Shown: positions 1 to 9,797, numbered from the stretch's first letter. The stretch: DNA of 64,000 nucleotides from Nitrospirota bacterium (GCA_963751455.1 CAVVUN010000003.1:352001-416000); one strand, 5' to 3'. Numbers and translations are program-made. Notes: a model not told the origin generated them from the sequence alone.

Positions 1-2958
1 ACGGCCGCGTACTGCGTGGGCAATCTCCGGATCCCCGGTTATGACCTGCCGTGGGAAGATCCTTCCTATTCCTATCCGAATAATCTTGCCGCGCCTCTCA
101 GGATAGAGGTGGAAGCCAGCAACGGGGCTTCAGATTACGGCAACAAGTTCGGCGAGCCCGTGATACAGGGTTTCACCCGCTCCTTCGGCCTTCGTTTACC
201 GGACGGCGAACGCAGGGAATGGATCAAACCGATCATGTTTTCTGCCGGCATCGGCCAGATGGACAGCCGCCATACCGACAAGGCCGAAGCCCGGAAGGGA
301 ATGCTTGTGGTGAAGATCGGCGGTCCCGCCTACCGGATCGGCATGGGCGGCGGCGCGGCTTCCTCCATGATCCAGGGCGAAAATATCGCGGAGCTGGATT
401 TCAATGCCGTTCAGCGGGGCGACGCCGAGATGGAGCAGAAGCTGAACCGCGTGATCCGCGCGTGCGTGGAGCTGGGGGAGAAGAACCCGATCCAGAGCAT
501 TCATGATCAAGGCGCCGGCGGAAACTGCAACGTCGTGAAGGAGATCGTGCACCCGGCCGGTGCGAAAATTGATATCCGTAAGATCCAGGTCGGCGATGAA
601 ACATTATCGGTCCTTGAGATCTGGGGTGCCGAGTACCAGGAGCAGAACGCGCTTCTGATAAAACCTGAACATGAAGCCCTTTTCAAGTCGCTTTGCGAGC
701 GCGATAAAGTTCCGGTTGCAATAATCGGTACAATAACCGGTGATGGATATATCGTTCTGTATGATGAAACGGACAAGTCAACACCGGAAAACCTCGAGCT
801 TTCGAAGGTGCTCGGCGACATGCCTCAGAAAACTTTCGAGCTGCAGCGAAAAACCAGACAACTAAAACCTCTGGTGCTGCCGCAAGGACTTACGATTCGT
901 GCCGCACTCGATCGCGTGTTGAGATTGCTCTCCGTGGGATCCAAGCGCTTCCTCACCAACAAAGTGGACCGCTCCGTTACCGGCCTCATTGCCCGCCAGC
1001 AGTGCGCGGGTCCGCTTCAACTGACCGTATCCGACGTCGCGGTTATCGCCCAGTCGCACTTCGGTCTGACCGGTTCAGCGATGTCCATCGGAGAGCAGCC
1101 GGTGAAAGAATTGCTCGATCCTGCGGCCATGGCAAGAATGAGCGTCGGCGAGGCGCTCACGAACATCGTCTGGGCGGAAGTCAGCGGCCTCGGCGACTTA
1201 CGTTGTTCGGCAAACTGGATGTGGGCCCCGAAGCTTCCCGGCGAAGGCGCGCGTCTCTACGACGCAGCAGTCGCGATGCGGGATGTGATGATCGAGTTCG
1301 GCATGGCCGTGGACGGCGGCAAGGACAGCCTGTCCATGGCCGCCAGGGTCACGAACCCGGACGGATCGAACGAGACGGTCAAGTCCCCGGGCACTCTTGT
1401 AATCTCTGCCTATGTTACCTGCCCGGACATCACGAAAACTGTGACGCCGGACTTGAAAGCGCCCGGCAAAAGCAGGCTCCTGTTCATTGATCTTGGTTCC
1501 GGACAAAACCGCCTCGGCGGCTCAGCGCTGGCACAGGTCTACGGCCAGGTCGGGGACAAATCTCCTGATCTCGACGATCCTCAGCTTCTTACCAGAGCGT
1601 TCAATGCAGTCCAGAAGCTTGTGTCCGAAGAATTGCTCCTTGCAGGTCACGATCGTTCGGATGGCGGCCTTGTGACCACGCTTCTCGAAATGGCCTTTGC
1701 GGGAAACTGCGGAATAGAGATCGAACTCGGTGAACAGAAGGACGCGATACCGGTATTGTTCTCTGAAGAACTTGGGCTCGTCATGGAATATCTTCCCTCT
1801 GAGGAAGCGAAAATCTTTTCTATTTTAAACAATGCAACAGTTCCGTACCAGTTTATCGGTAAAACAATATCAGTAAAAAGAGTCGCCATTGCAATCCGCA
1901 ATCCGAACGGCTCGACTGAGCGTTCGACTGAGCGCTCACGCCGAAGTCTCGCCGAAGTCTCCGCACTCCAAACTGTATTAAACGAGGAGCTGCTGCTTCT
2001 GCGCGACATCTGGGAAGAGACAAGCCACCAGCTTGATCTGCTGCAAAGAAATCCCGATAACATCCGCGAAGAGCGCAAACATATCTACGACCGCAAAGGC
2101 CCCTCCTTTGCAATTCCCTTTACGCCAAGGGTGACTTCAGAAGAAGTCTTCTGCCGCACAACAAAAACGAAAGTTGCCGTAATCCGCGAAGAGGGGAGCA
2201 ACGGGGACCGGGAAATGGTGTCCGCGTTCTATATGGCAGGATTCGAGCCGTGGGACGTGACCATGACCGATCTGCTGGACGGCCGCATCACTCTTGACCA
2301 GTTCCGAGGCATTGTCTTTGTCGGCGGCTTCAGTTACGCGGATGTACTCGATTCAGCCAAAGGCTGGGCCGCATCGATCCGCTTCAACAAAAAAGTGTGG
2401 GAACAGTTTGAACACTTTTACAACAGGACCGACACGTTCAGCCTCGGGGTCTGCAATGGCTGCCAGCTGATGGCGCTCCTGGGCTGGGTGCCGTGGCGCG
2501 GAATCAGCGATGAGCTCCAGCCGCGTTTCATTCACAATAAGTCAGGCCGCTTTGAGTCGCGCTTCTCAACGGTCAAAATTCTGAAGAGTCCCTCGATCAT
2601 GCTGAGCGGCATGGAGAACTCGGTACTCGGCATCTGGGTCGCTCACGGCGAAGGCATGGCCTATTTTCCGGATAAGAAAATGTTCAACGAATGTGAGCAC
2701 GGACTCGCGCCCATACGGTATGTTGATGACGACTCGAAGATTACGGAGGCCTATCCCTTCAATCCGAACGGCTCTCCGGCCGGGATTGCCGCGCTCTGCT
2801 CGCCTGACGGCCGGCACCTCGCAATGATGCCGCACCCGGAGCGAACAGTACTTACCTGGCAGTGGGGCTGGCTGCCTCAAGACCTCAAAAAGTCCCTCGA
2901 AGCATCGCCCTGGCTCAGGATGTTCCAGAACGCCAGGGAATGGTGCGAGAAAAAGTAA
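1..2958 (+). CDS. purL: Phosphoribosylformylglycinamidine synthase, large single-chain form (5'-truncated by window edge)
   Basis: Open from position 1 in frame with ORF 16..2958; motifs EASNGASDYGNKFGEP, IHDQGAGG, DGGKDSLSM; glutaminase GVCNGCQL and MMPHPER. Confidence 0.97.
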   Translation, partial: TAAYCVGNLRIPGYDLPWEDPSYSYPNNLAAPLRIEVEASNGASDYGNKFGEPVIQGFTRSFGLRLPDGERREWIKPIMFSAGIGQMDSRHTDKAEARKGMLVVKIGGPAYRIGMGGGAASSMIQGENIAELDFNAVQRGDAEMEQKLNRVIRACVELGEKNPIQSIHDQGAGGNCNVVKEIVHPAGAKIDIRKIQVGDETLSVLEIWGAEYQEQNALLIKPEHEALFKSLCERDKVPVAIIGTITGDGYIVLYDETDKSTPENLELSKVLGDMPQKTFELQRKTRQLKPLVLPQGLTIRAALDRVLRLLSVGSKRFLTNKVDRSVTGLIARQQCAGPLQLTVSDVAVIAQSHFGLTGSAMSIGEQPVKELLDPAAMARMSVGEALTNIVWAEVSGLGDLRCSANWMWAPKLPGEGARLYDAAVAMRDVMIEFGMAVDGGKDSLSMAARVTNPDGSNETVKSPGTLVISAYVTCPDITKTVTPDLKAPGKSRLLFIDLGSGQNRLGGSALAQVYGQVGDKSPDLDDPQLLTRAFNAVQKLVSEELLLAGHDRSDGGLVTTLLEMAFAGNCGIEIELGEQKDAIPVLFSEELGLVMEYLPSEEAKIFSILNNATVPYQFIGKTISVKRVAIAIRNPNGSTERSTERSRRSLAEVSALQTVLNEELLLLRDIWEETSHQLDLLQRNPDNIREERKHIYDRKGPSFAIPFTPRVTSEEVFCRTTKTKVAVIREEGSNGDREMVSAFYMAGFEPWDVTMTDLLDGRITLDQFRGIVFVGGFSYADVLDSAKGWAASIRFNKKVWEQFEHFYNRTDTFSLGVCNGCQLMALLGWVPWRGISDELQPRFIHNKSGRFESRFSTVKILKSPSIMLSGMENSVLGIWVAHGEGMAYFPDKKMFNECEHGLAPIRYVDDDSKITEAYPFNPNGSPAGIAALCSPDGRHLAMMPHPERTVLTWQWGWLPQDLKKSLEASPWLRMFQNAREWCEKK
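1891..1970. repeat. Nested palindromic repeat insertion inside purL, in frame
   Basis: cggctcgactgagc[gttcgactgagcgctcacgccgaagtc]tcgccgaagtc flanked by atccgca-type heptamers; encodes IRNPNGSTERSTERSRRSLAEVSAL. Confidence 0.75.
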
Positions 2959-3002
2959 CAGCAAAGAAAATTGTGAGAAATTTTAAGCCCCCTTTATCTT
3001 CA

Positions 3003-3038
3003 TCCTCTCCCTGATGGGAGAGGGTAGTGTGAGGGGGG
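3003..3038 (+). repeat. REP-like CCTCTCCC-GGGAGAGGG hairpin repeat (copy 1)
   Basis: tcctctccctgatgggagagggtagtgtgagggggg; related copy at 13740..13776. Confidence 0.7.
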
Positions 3039-3130
3039 TTTTTTATTAGTATCGAAGACATTAAAAATTACCTTGTAAATTAAGCCTATCTTTGATAGGC
3101 TATTTTTAGCGAAAGTCAAAAGAGGAAATC

Positions 3131-3322
3131 ATGAATCTCCTGCTTAAAGTGAAGCACCTTAAGGAACAAGGTTCTGAAAGGGATTTGGCCGGAACGACCC
3201 CCGCAGAACGTCTCGCAATGGTGTGGCCGCTTACTCTTGAAGTCTGGAGTTTCAAGGAGCCGACTAGTGCTGAATCAAGACTACAAAGACATGTTGTCCG
3301 CCTTGTTAAGGGAAAAAGTTGA
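3131..3322 (+). CDS. Small hypothetical protein, putative partner of the downstream nucleotidyltransferase
   Basis: 63 aa ORF with RBS (agagga); TPAERLAMVWPLT motif; overlaps next gene. Confidence 0.6.
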   Translation: MNLLLKVKHLKEQGSERDLAGTTPAERLAMVWPLTLEVWSFKEPTSAESRLQRHVVRLVKGKS

Positions 3323-3719
3323 TTTCCTCCTCGTTGGTGCTTATGCTCTTGCTGTTCATGGACTTCCTCGCGCAACAGGAGACATTGACCTCTGGATCCG
3401 TCGTGAAGAATCAAATGTAAAACATGTCATGCGGGCGCTCGGCTCATTTGGCGCACCGCTCTCCCAAATAACTAAAGAGGATTTATTAACGCCAGGCATC
3501 GTCTACCAGATCGGCGTCGAGCCAAGAAGGATCGATATACTGACATCGATTGACGGCGTCGGGTTCGAAGAAGCCTGGCCAAAGCGCATTGAAGTCGAAG
3601 TTGAGGGAATTATGATTCCGGTGATCGGTCGTGACCACCTTTTGAAAAACAAGCTGTCAACGGGCCGTCTTCAGGACGCCGCGGATGCAAGCCGATTGAC
3701 GGAAAAAGAAAAAGGATGA
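3267..3719 (+). CDS. Nucleotidyltransferase-fold protein (DUF6036-like), putative TA component
   Basis: LLVGAYALAVHGLPRATGDIDLW and C-terminal KNKLSTGRLQDAAD; GTG start at 3267 after ggag. Confidence 0.8.
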   Translation: MLNQDYKDMLSALLREKVDFLLVGAYALAVHGLPRATGDIDLWIRREESNVKHVMRALGSFGAPLSQITKEDLLTPGIVYQIGVEPRRIDILTSIDGVGFEEAWPKRIEVEVEGIMIPVIGRDHLLKNKLSTGRLQDAADASRLTEKEKG

Positions 3720-3760
3720 TTACCTTGTAAATTTATGCCTGACTTTGAAGCGTTAACTTT

Positions 3761-3970
3761 ATGAAAACGATAATCGAGAAAAGAAAAGAAGAAGAGCGGG
3801 AAGCGTTCCTCAAGCTTTCTCCTCTGGAACGAATTCGAACCATGCATAATCTTTTCCTGCAATTCGTCGCCATTAAAGCCAGAGGGGAAAACGTCTCAGA
3901 ATATGAAATCTATCGAAGATACCTTAAAAACAATCCAAGACATTACGAGCGCCCTCCCCGTAAAGGTTGA
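3761..3970 (+). CDS. Small hypothetical protein, putative partner of second nucleotidyltransferase
   Basis: 69 aa; LSPLERIR motif resembles TPAERLA in 3131..3322; overlaps next gene. Confidence 0.6.
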   Translation: MKTIIEKRKEEEREAFLKLSPLERIRTMHNLFLQFVAIKARGENVSEYEIYRRYLKNNPRHYERPPRKG

Positions 3971-4511
3971 TATCGCGGTTGTGGGCGGTGTCGCTGTTAT
4001 TCTGCAGGGCGTTGAGCGGACAACCATCGATGTTGACCTCTGTATTTATTCCAACCTGATTGACCGCACAAACTCATCCGAATTCTTCAAAATTCTTACG
4101 AGCCGCCTTCCTAAAAGGTTTTCCGCCCGTCTCATACAAGGCAGCAAAATACCAGATGATCCCTTGAAACACGACATCATCTTTCTCGACGACAACGCGG
4201 GCGAATATGAGCGAATTGATTTTCTGATCGCCCGGTATAAATGGGAATTGGAAGGCATTGAACAAGCAGAGCAGATTGAAAACATATCACTCCCCGTGTT
4301 GAGCAAGCCCTATCTTTGCGCGATGAAACTCCAGGCCACCGGATACAAAGACGCGGCGGATGTTTTTGCCTTGGTCGCTCTCATGACCCAGGAAGAAAAG
4401 AAAAAGACCTTTGAGCTTGCAAAACAGATCGGCAGAGATAAAAAACTTGCCCGTCTGCTTAACCCGCCGCCCGAAGAAGTAAACGAGATGCCGCCCGAGG
4501 AGTATCTGTAA
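3903..4511 (+). CDS. Nucleotidyltransferase-fold protein (DUF6036-like)
   Basis: AVVGGVAVILQGVERTTIDVDL and AMKLQATGYKDAAD motifs. Confidence 0.75.
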   Translation: MKSIEDTLKTIQDITSALPVKVDIAVVGGVAVILQGVERTTIDVDLCIYSNLIDRTNSSEFFKILTSRLPKRFSARLIQGSKIPDDPLKHDIIFLDDNAGEYERIDFLIARYKWELEGIEQAEQIENISLPVLSKPYLCAMKLQATGYKDAADVFALVALMTQEEKKKTFELAKQIGRDKKLARLLNPPPEEVNEMPPEEYL

Positions 4512-4526
4512 CAACGCGCCATAGCC

Positions 4527-6123
4527 CTAAAAATCCAGCGGACTTTTCACCTCTTTCGCCGCCTTGCTCGGAATGCAGTGGGTGTAGATCATAGTGGTTC
4601 GGACGTCTGCATGACCGAGCAGTGTCTGAATCGTGCGCAGGTCGTAGCCCGCCTGCAGGAGATGGGTGGCGTAACTATGCCGGAAGGTGTGCGAAGTGAC
4701 GCGTTTCGTGAGCTTTGCCTTTCTAACTGCTTCGTACAGCGCATCCTGAACATGAGAGTCATGAAGATGATACCCCCGCCGCTCCTTCGTTTCCGCAACA
4801 AAGGTTAACGTTTGCTGCGGGAGAAACCATTGCCAGACAAGCTCCTTCGCGGCTCGTGGATATTTTTTCTCCAGTTGATCATCGAGAAAAACCCCTGCGT
4901 ACCCTCCTCGTCATGCATTTTTTTCACGGTCTCTATTTGGGCCTGAAGCTCCGGCACGATTCTTTGCAGAATAGGCACGGTGCGGGTTTTATCGCCTTTT
5001 CCGCGGACAGTGAGAATGCCGGCGTCAAAATTGAAATCCTTCACCCGCAGTTTACAGCCTTCCGAAATGCGTAACCCGCAGCCGTACCGGAGTTGGGCCA
5101 CAAGCTTGTATGAATATTCGAGATGTCTCAAAACAGCGTCGATTTCCTCGCGGGAAAGAACCACGGGAATGTAATTCGATTTCTTCGCGCGCGGGATGTC
5201 CTTATGGATGCCGAAATCTATCCTTAAAACATGTCTGAACAGAAACAAGAGTGCGTTGAACGCCTGGTTCTGGTGGCTTGCGGATACCTTGCAGTTCACG
5301 GCCAGATCCGTCAGGTACGCCTTCACCTCCGATGGAGACAATTCCGAAGGTGGTTTGTCTTTCAGGTAGTTCTGGAACTTGCGGCTCCAGTCCGCATAAT
5401 GCTTGAACGTTTTTCGAGAGTAATGCCGCAGCTTTATCCAAAACGAAGCAGAAGACCACGTGGCGTTAGCCCGTGGTTGAATGCGTCCCTCTTGTTTCCC
5501 TCCTCCTTCAGGGGGAGTTAGGAGGGGGTGCTTCTTTTGAATTCAAGTGCCACGGGCGTAAGCCCGTGGGTATCTACTTCCGCAGCAAGATTTTCAATGA
5601 CCTTGTCCCACGCCGGGGATTCGGTTTTTTTGAGGCAGCGCCATTCATCGTAGTGTTTGCCGCCCCGGATCCTGGGCGTGTACGGCGCGGAGGGCGCCGG
5701 CGGCTCGCAAACCATCTCGGATTTCTTCGTCGCTGTTGTTGAGCACAGTTGCTGTGCTTGGTTGTATTCTACCTGTAGGCCGCCGCAATGCGGCCCGGCT
5801 GCAGGAGGCGCAATCTGCGCGGCGGCCGACGATGAAATAGTCTTTTTTCCCTGTTGCGAAGCGAAGAACAGCGAAATCGCTTTAGCTGCGTGCTCTATTT
5901 GCATGGAGGATTGATTCTTTGACCGCAGCTTGTCCGCGAACGCCCTCACTTGTTCCGATTTGCCTTCCGGAAGAGGATATTTAGCTCGGAAGTCGAGAAA
6001 ACACAGCAGCCACTTCCGGTAATCGGATCGGGAGAAAAGGGGGACATTCCGTTGTTTCAGAATGCCGTCAAATTTAACCAGAATATCTTTGGGTATGGGT
6101 TGCACGGGTCGTATGAGAATCAA
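4527..6123 (-). pseudogene. intI: Integron integrase, long form with N-terminal extension; disrupted by a 140-bp insertion and a frameshift
   Basis: Three pieces: N-term 5578..6123; IKLRHYSRKT...YGCGLRISE...VRGKGDKTR; after a frameshift near 4903, [29 protein letters not shown] (integron-specific insert), [33 protein letters not shown] stop at 4527. Confidence 0.92.
5438..5577 (-). mobile_element. Non-autonomous IS200/IS605-like MITE (palindrome-ended) inserted in intI
   Basis: Subterminal hairpins ccacgggcttacgcccgtgg and ccacgggctaacgccacgtgg; removal restores L-A-A-E|I-K-L-R-H-Y-S; no target duplication needed. Confidence 0.8.
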
Positions 6124-6162
6124 ACGGTTGCTTCAGACAGCTTCATGAACCATGTAAACAAT

Positions 6163-6191
6163 AATATAGTGAACAAATGTTCACTTGTCAA
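6163..6191 (-). promoter_or_regulatory. intI promoter with a palindromic operator (LexA-like GAAC-N4-GTTC) in the spacer
   Basis: Minus strand TTGACA-N17-TATATT; palindrome AGTGAACAaaTGTTCACT at 6168..6185. Confidence 0.7.
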
Positions 6192-6351
6192 GAGGAGAAC
6201 GCAAATATTCTTGAGTCCTCCTTGACTACCAACTCACCGCATATCATCATGCCGGTATTCATAAGAGTGTCTCATTCATGCATGTGTTTTTCTTAATTCG
6301 GGAAATGTGTTCTCGCGTTGTATTCCGATCTGAATATTCAACAACTTTATC

Positions 6352-6380
6352 TTGACAGGCCATAAAGCATAAAATATACT
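6352..6380 (+). promoter_or_regulatory. Sigma70-type promoter, candidate integron Pc
   Basis: TTGACA-N17-TATACT facing the cassette array. Confidence 0.65.
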
Positions 6381-6640
6381 CGATTTGCATTTAAAGTTGC
6401 AGAAATTTCATCCTGCCAATTCAGAAACTCAGTATTTGGCAGGGCGAAAACCGCAGTTGCAGAAGTTTACATTATTGAACAAAAATATTTAATTTTCACC
6501 CCGCCATTACCGGATTTTCGGAAATGGCGGGGTGGTTTCCGTCCCTTCAAACACTGGTTGAACCTGTAGAAAAAGTGCTACAGATTCGTTGGACACATGG
6601 AAAGCGTAGTATTCAGTGAACAAAGATGTAGAGTCCAAGC

Positions 6641-7108
6641 TTGCATCGGTATACGAAGAAGTTATGTGGTTCGCGAGTCGTCCTGATACGACCCCATCCG
6701 CTGCACGAGCCTGGTATTACTCACATTGCGGCTAACCGACTGAGAAAATACATTCGTCGATTCTTTGGCAAAGTATCGAAAAGTGCCGCTATCGAGGCAA
6801 AGGTATCTCTTTGTCTTGAACACTTTAAGCGCATGCAGACGACCCCTGACTCAACTTGTAGATCACCATTTGAGACCGGCTTACAGGATGCCGAGGAATT
6901 CATTCGTCTACTTCTCGATTGCGAGCAAGTGCATATTGTGACTGCCAGGGAGAATTACGATGCAATGAAGGCGAAGGGTGACTACGACAAGGCAGGTATA
7001 GTACTTGTTGACTGGGCGTCCGTTTTACCGGACAGACAACACTTCCTTTGGAAAAACATGATTTGTGGGAAAGTAATGAATGCTAACGCACTTTGCGTCT
7101 ACCGCTGA
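6641..7108 (+). CDS. Hypothetical cassette protein (true start uncertain, possibly frameshifted near 6715)
   Basis: 155 aa ORF after candidate attI core GTTGGAC (6588); an overlapping upstream frame (VNKDVESKLASVYEEVMWF...) may be the real N-terminus. Confidence 0.45.
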   Translation: MHRYTKKLCGSRVVLIRPHPLHEPGITHIAANRLRKYIRRFFGKVSKSAAIEAKVSLCLEHFKRMQTTPDSTCRSPFETGLQDAEEFIRLLLDCEQVHIVTARENYDAMKAKGDYDKAGIVLVDWASVLPDRQHFLWKNMICGKVMNANALCVYR

Positions 7109-7172
7109 GGTGCGCAGAGATGCCAAGACGTACAGGCCCAACAGCCAGATTGATACTCAGATCTGGCAACGC

Positions 7173-7478
7173 TTATTTTCTGATTTTTGATTCAAGCAGG
7201 GCAACCCGTTTTGCAAGAGCGTCGAATTCATCGTAATCGACTTTTCTTTTCAGCTCAACCTTTAGAAATTGGACATCGGATTTAATGATTTGTACGTCTT
7301 CCATCAATGAGCCGATCATTTCGGTGTGGATCTTTTGAATTGATTTGATATCCTGGTATTGCTCGGCAATAAGATTGATCTTGGATTCGAGGTCTTCCTT
7401 GAAGATACCGACGACATGTTGAAATTCAGTTCGCTGTTCAGTAAGAATTTCTTTTAATTTATTCTCGGTAATCTCCAT
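7173..7478 (-). CDS. Hypothetical coiled-coil protein
   Basis: 101 aa ORF with RBS (aaggag); heptad-rich. Confidence 0.65.
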   Translation of the reverse strand: MEITENKLKEILTEQRTEFQHVVGIFKEDLESKINLIAEQYQDIKSIQKIHTEMIGSLMEDVQIIKSDVQFLKVELKRKVDYDEFDALAKRVALLESKIRK

Positions 7479-7559
7479 GGCTGCAATCTCCTTCTTTATG
7501 GATGCTTAGATATTATACGTGGAACCGCATTTTGTCAAGCTATCTCTCCCGGCAAAATA

Positions 7560-7625
7560 TTCCAACTACGCGCTCGAAAGAGTCCGGGCGATAAACCCGC
7601 CCGGCTCCTCAGCGCGGCGTTGGCC
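7560..7625 (+). other. attC recombination site
   Basis: TTCCAAC...GTTGGCC core sites enclosing an imperfect palindrome (gcgctcga / tcagcgc) with an extrahelical base. Confidence 0.85.
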
Positions 7626-7777
7626 CCGGCATGAAAAATGTGTCTAAATAGAGTCTGTATTTAAATTGCCTTTCGATCTTTTGCTTGTCATTCCTAAACC
7701 TTTAGAAACCTTTAGGAAACCTTTAGGGTCAAGTCTTTTTCGTTGCATTTCATTCTGATTTCTGCTACAGTCGCCCC

Positions 7778-7909
7778 ATGGCCCGACCTCTAAGAATAGA
7801 ATATGCCGGTGCGGTCTATCACGTAACATCCCGTGGCAACGAGAAAAAGCCCGTATTCAAAAACGACCAGGACCGCGAAAACTTCCTGAACACGGTCCAG
7901 CACGTCAAT
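7778..7909 (+). pseudogene. REP-associated tyrosine (HUH/Y1) transposase, N-terminal fragment
   Basis: MARPLRIEYAGAVYHVTSRGNEKKPVFKNDQDRENFL, then truncated at the intron sequence. Confidence 0.85.
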
Positions 7910-9797
7910 GCCACTACACCTGTCGGCTCCGGCCCCTCTCAGAACCGTGCTTGCGCTATTTACGCACACGGCTCCTCACATGGTCAATTCACGGGTACTT
8001 GGAACATACTGACCTTTATTCGTGGTTTCGGTAATGGAAAACGCTGTAGCATCTCCGAGAACTCCTCCCAGTTGAGGCACCCTCGCCTACCTCGGCGATT
8101 CAGCCATTTCATGAGGACCTTTTCCACTTCCGCGGCAAATCTCTTGATTCCGGGAAGATTATCCGTCACGCCGTAATAGGCAAAATGACCTCTCAGTTTT
8201 GCTTTGGCCGTCCTCCATAGGTCCGCTGTCTTCAGGGTCCTGGCGCTTTTCAGCCATTCCTTGAAGACTTTCACCTTGGCGGTGAATTTCTTGCGGGCGG
8301 TCATCCGCTTCATCCGAAACCCCGTGCCGTCTCTTCTGGCGCCGCAGTAGTGGGTGAATCCCAAAAAGTCAAACGTCTCCGGTCTCTCACCTTTTGCTTT
8401 GGCGTTTTGTACGGCATATCTGCCAAATTTCAGCACTCTGGTTTTCGTCGGTTCCACTTCAAGCCCGAATTTTCCCAGTCTGATACCCAGTTCGCGGCGG
8501 AACGTCGCCGCGTCTGTTTCGCGCTGGAAGCAGACGACAAAGTCGTCGGCGTATCGGACCAGCCGGGCAAACCCGGTGCACTGCTTGCGGATTACTTTCT
8601 CGAACCAGAGGTCAAGGGCATAGTGAAGGTAGATGTTGGCCAGAAGCGGGGAGATGACACTACCTTGCGGAGTGCCTTCGTCGCTTACCGTTGTCGTCCC
8701 GTCTTCATATACCCCAGCCTTGAGGAAACGTCTCACCATGCGATGTATCCGTTTGTCACTTATCCGGTGTTCCAGAAATTTCATCAACCAGTCCTGGTTC
8801 ACGTTGTCGAAGAAACCTTTGATGTCCGCTTCGACTATGTGGTTGACCGGCTTGCCTTCCACGGAGCCGCTCAAGGCTCTGAGCGCGCCGTGACAACTTC
8901 TGCCGGGTCGGAATCCATAGGAATCATCTATGAAGTCCTGTTCAAATACTGATTCCAGTATCCGTACCAGTCCCGCCTGGACAAGTTTGTCTTCAAAGCA
9001 TGGTATCCCCAAGGGGCGTTGTTTGGCGCTGCCCGGTTTGGGTATGTACTTTCGCCGGACAGGTTGCGGTCGGTATGCCATCCGGTGCAGCCTGTCTGTC
9101 AGGTTCAACAGATTGGCGTCGAGGTTCTCGGCATACTCGGCCTTGGTCATGTCGTCAATGCCGGCGGCTGCGTCTTTCCTCAGCCGCCCGTAGCATTCCC
9201 GCAGCAGCTCTTCGTTCATCAGGTGATACAGGCTGGTGAATTTGAACGAAGGTTCTTTACGGGCCTTCTCCGCTATGCGGCGCAGTTTCGTTGTCACCGA
9301 TTGCCCGTCACTGGGTACGGTCGGTGTCGCCTCACGCCGCGCTACCATATGTGGTCTCCTTTCCTCCAGCAGCGTTACCCGCCTTCATCGGTACTACGAG
9401 ACCATCCGACTCCCCGCGCATTTTCTGCCTTCCTCCCTCTTCGGTTGTTACGGCATACTCCCCTTACGAGAAGAGTGCGCGGGGCCTCCCGGGTTTCCGC
9501 GTAATCACCTTGTCAGACATGCCATGGTCTCTGACCCCGAGGAAGCGAACATACCCTTGCCATTGACGGTTATGTTCATATTGACTTCCGACATCTTTCA
9601 CTGCGTCGTCCTTCCCATCGCGTCACTTACGGGGCTCAATCCCTTCAACCTTGCGGCTTACGGCCTATCTGCTCGCTGTCCTACGCTTAAAACTGCATGT
9701 TGCCACACAGCCTCCAAGGACTCGCTACCCGGTAGCTGGCCTGCCTTCCGGGGCGGGATTCACACCCGCTTGATTACGCGACCTTGCCCGGCCGCAC
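7910..9797 (-). mobile_element. Group II intron (3' end / domain VI apparently truncated)
   Basis: 5' end GTGCGGCCGGGCAAGG at 9797; domain V GAGCCGTGTGCGTAAATAGCGCAAGCACGGTTCTGAGAGGGG near 7933..7974; internal RT ORF. Confidence 0.9.
7984..9348 (-). CDS. ltrA: Group II intron reverse transcriptase/maturase, no endonuclease domain
   Basis: RPLGIP, SYGFRPGRS, EADIKGFFD, GTPQGSVISPLLANIYLH, RYADD, FDFLGFT. Confidence 0.95.
   Translation of the reverse strand: MVARREATPTVPSDGQSVTTKLRRIAEKARKEPSFKFTSLYHLMNEELLRECYGRLRKDAAAGIDDMTKAEYAENLDANLLNLTDRLHRMAYRPQPVRRKYIPKPGSAKQRPLGIPCFEDKLVQAGLVRILESVFEQDFIDDSYGFRPGRSCHGALRALSGSVEGKPVNHIVEADIKGFFDNVNQDWLMKFLEHRISDKRIHRMVRRFLKAGVYEDGTTTVSDEGTPQGSVISPLLANIYLHYALDLWFEKVIRKQCTGFARLVRYADDFVVCFQRETDAATFRRELGIRLGKFGLEVEPTKTRVLKFGRYAVQNAKAKGERPETFDFLGFTHYCGARRDGTGFRMKRMTARKKFTAKVKVFKEWLKSARTLKTADLWRTAKAKLRGHFAYYGVTDNLPGIKRFAAEVEKVLMKWLNRRGRRGCLNWEEFSEMLQRFPLPKPRIKVSMFQVPVN

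Noticed and set aside
7136-7170. Possible additional attC (GCCCAAC followed by a gccagat/atctggc hairpin)
   Set aside because: No matching GTTRRRY at a suitable distance; at most a remnant.
7984-9348. Retron, DGR or defence-associated reverse transcriptase
   Set aside because: GTGCG 5' end, domain V and a maturase-type C-terminus identify a group II intron; no template/variable repeat pair seen.
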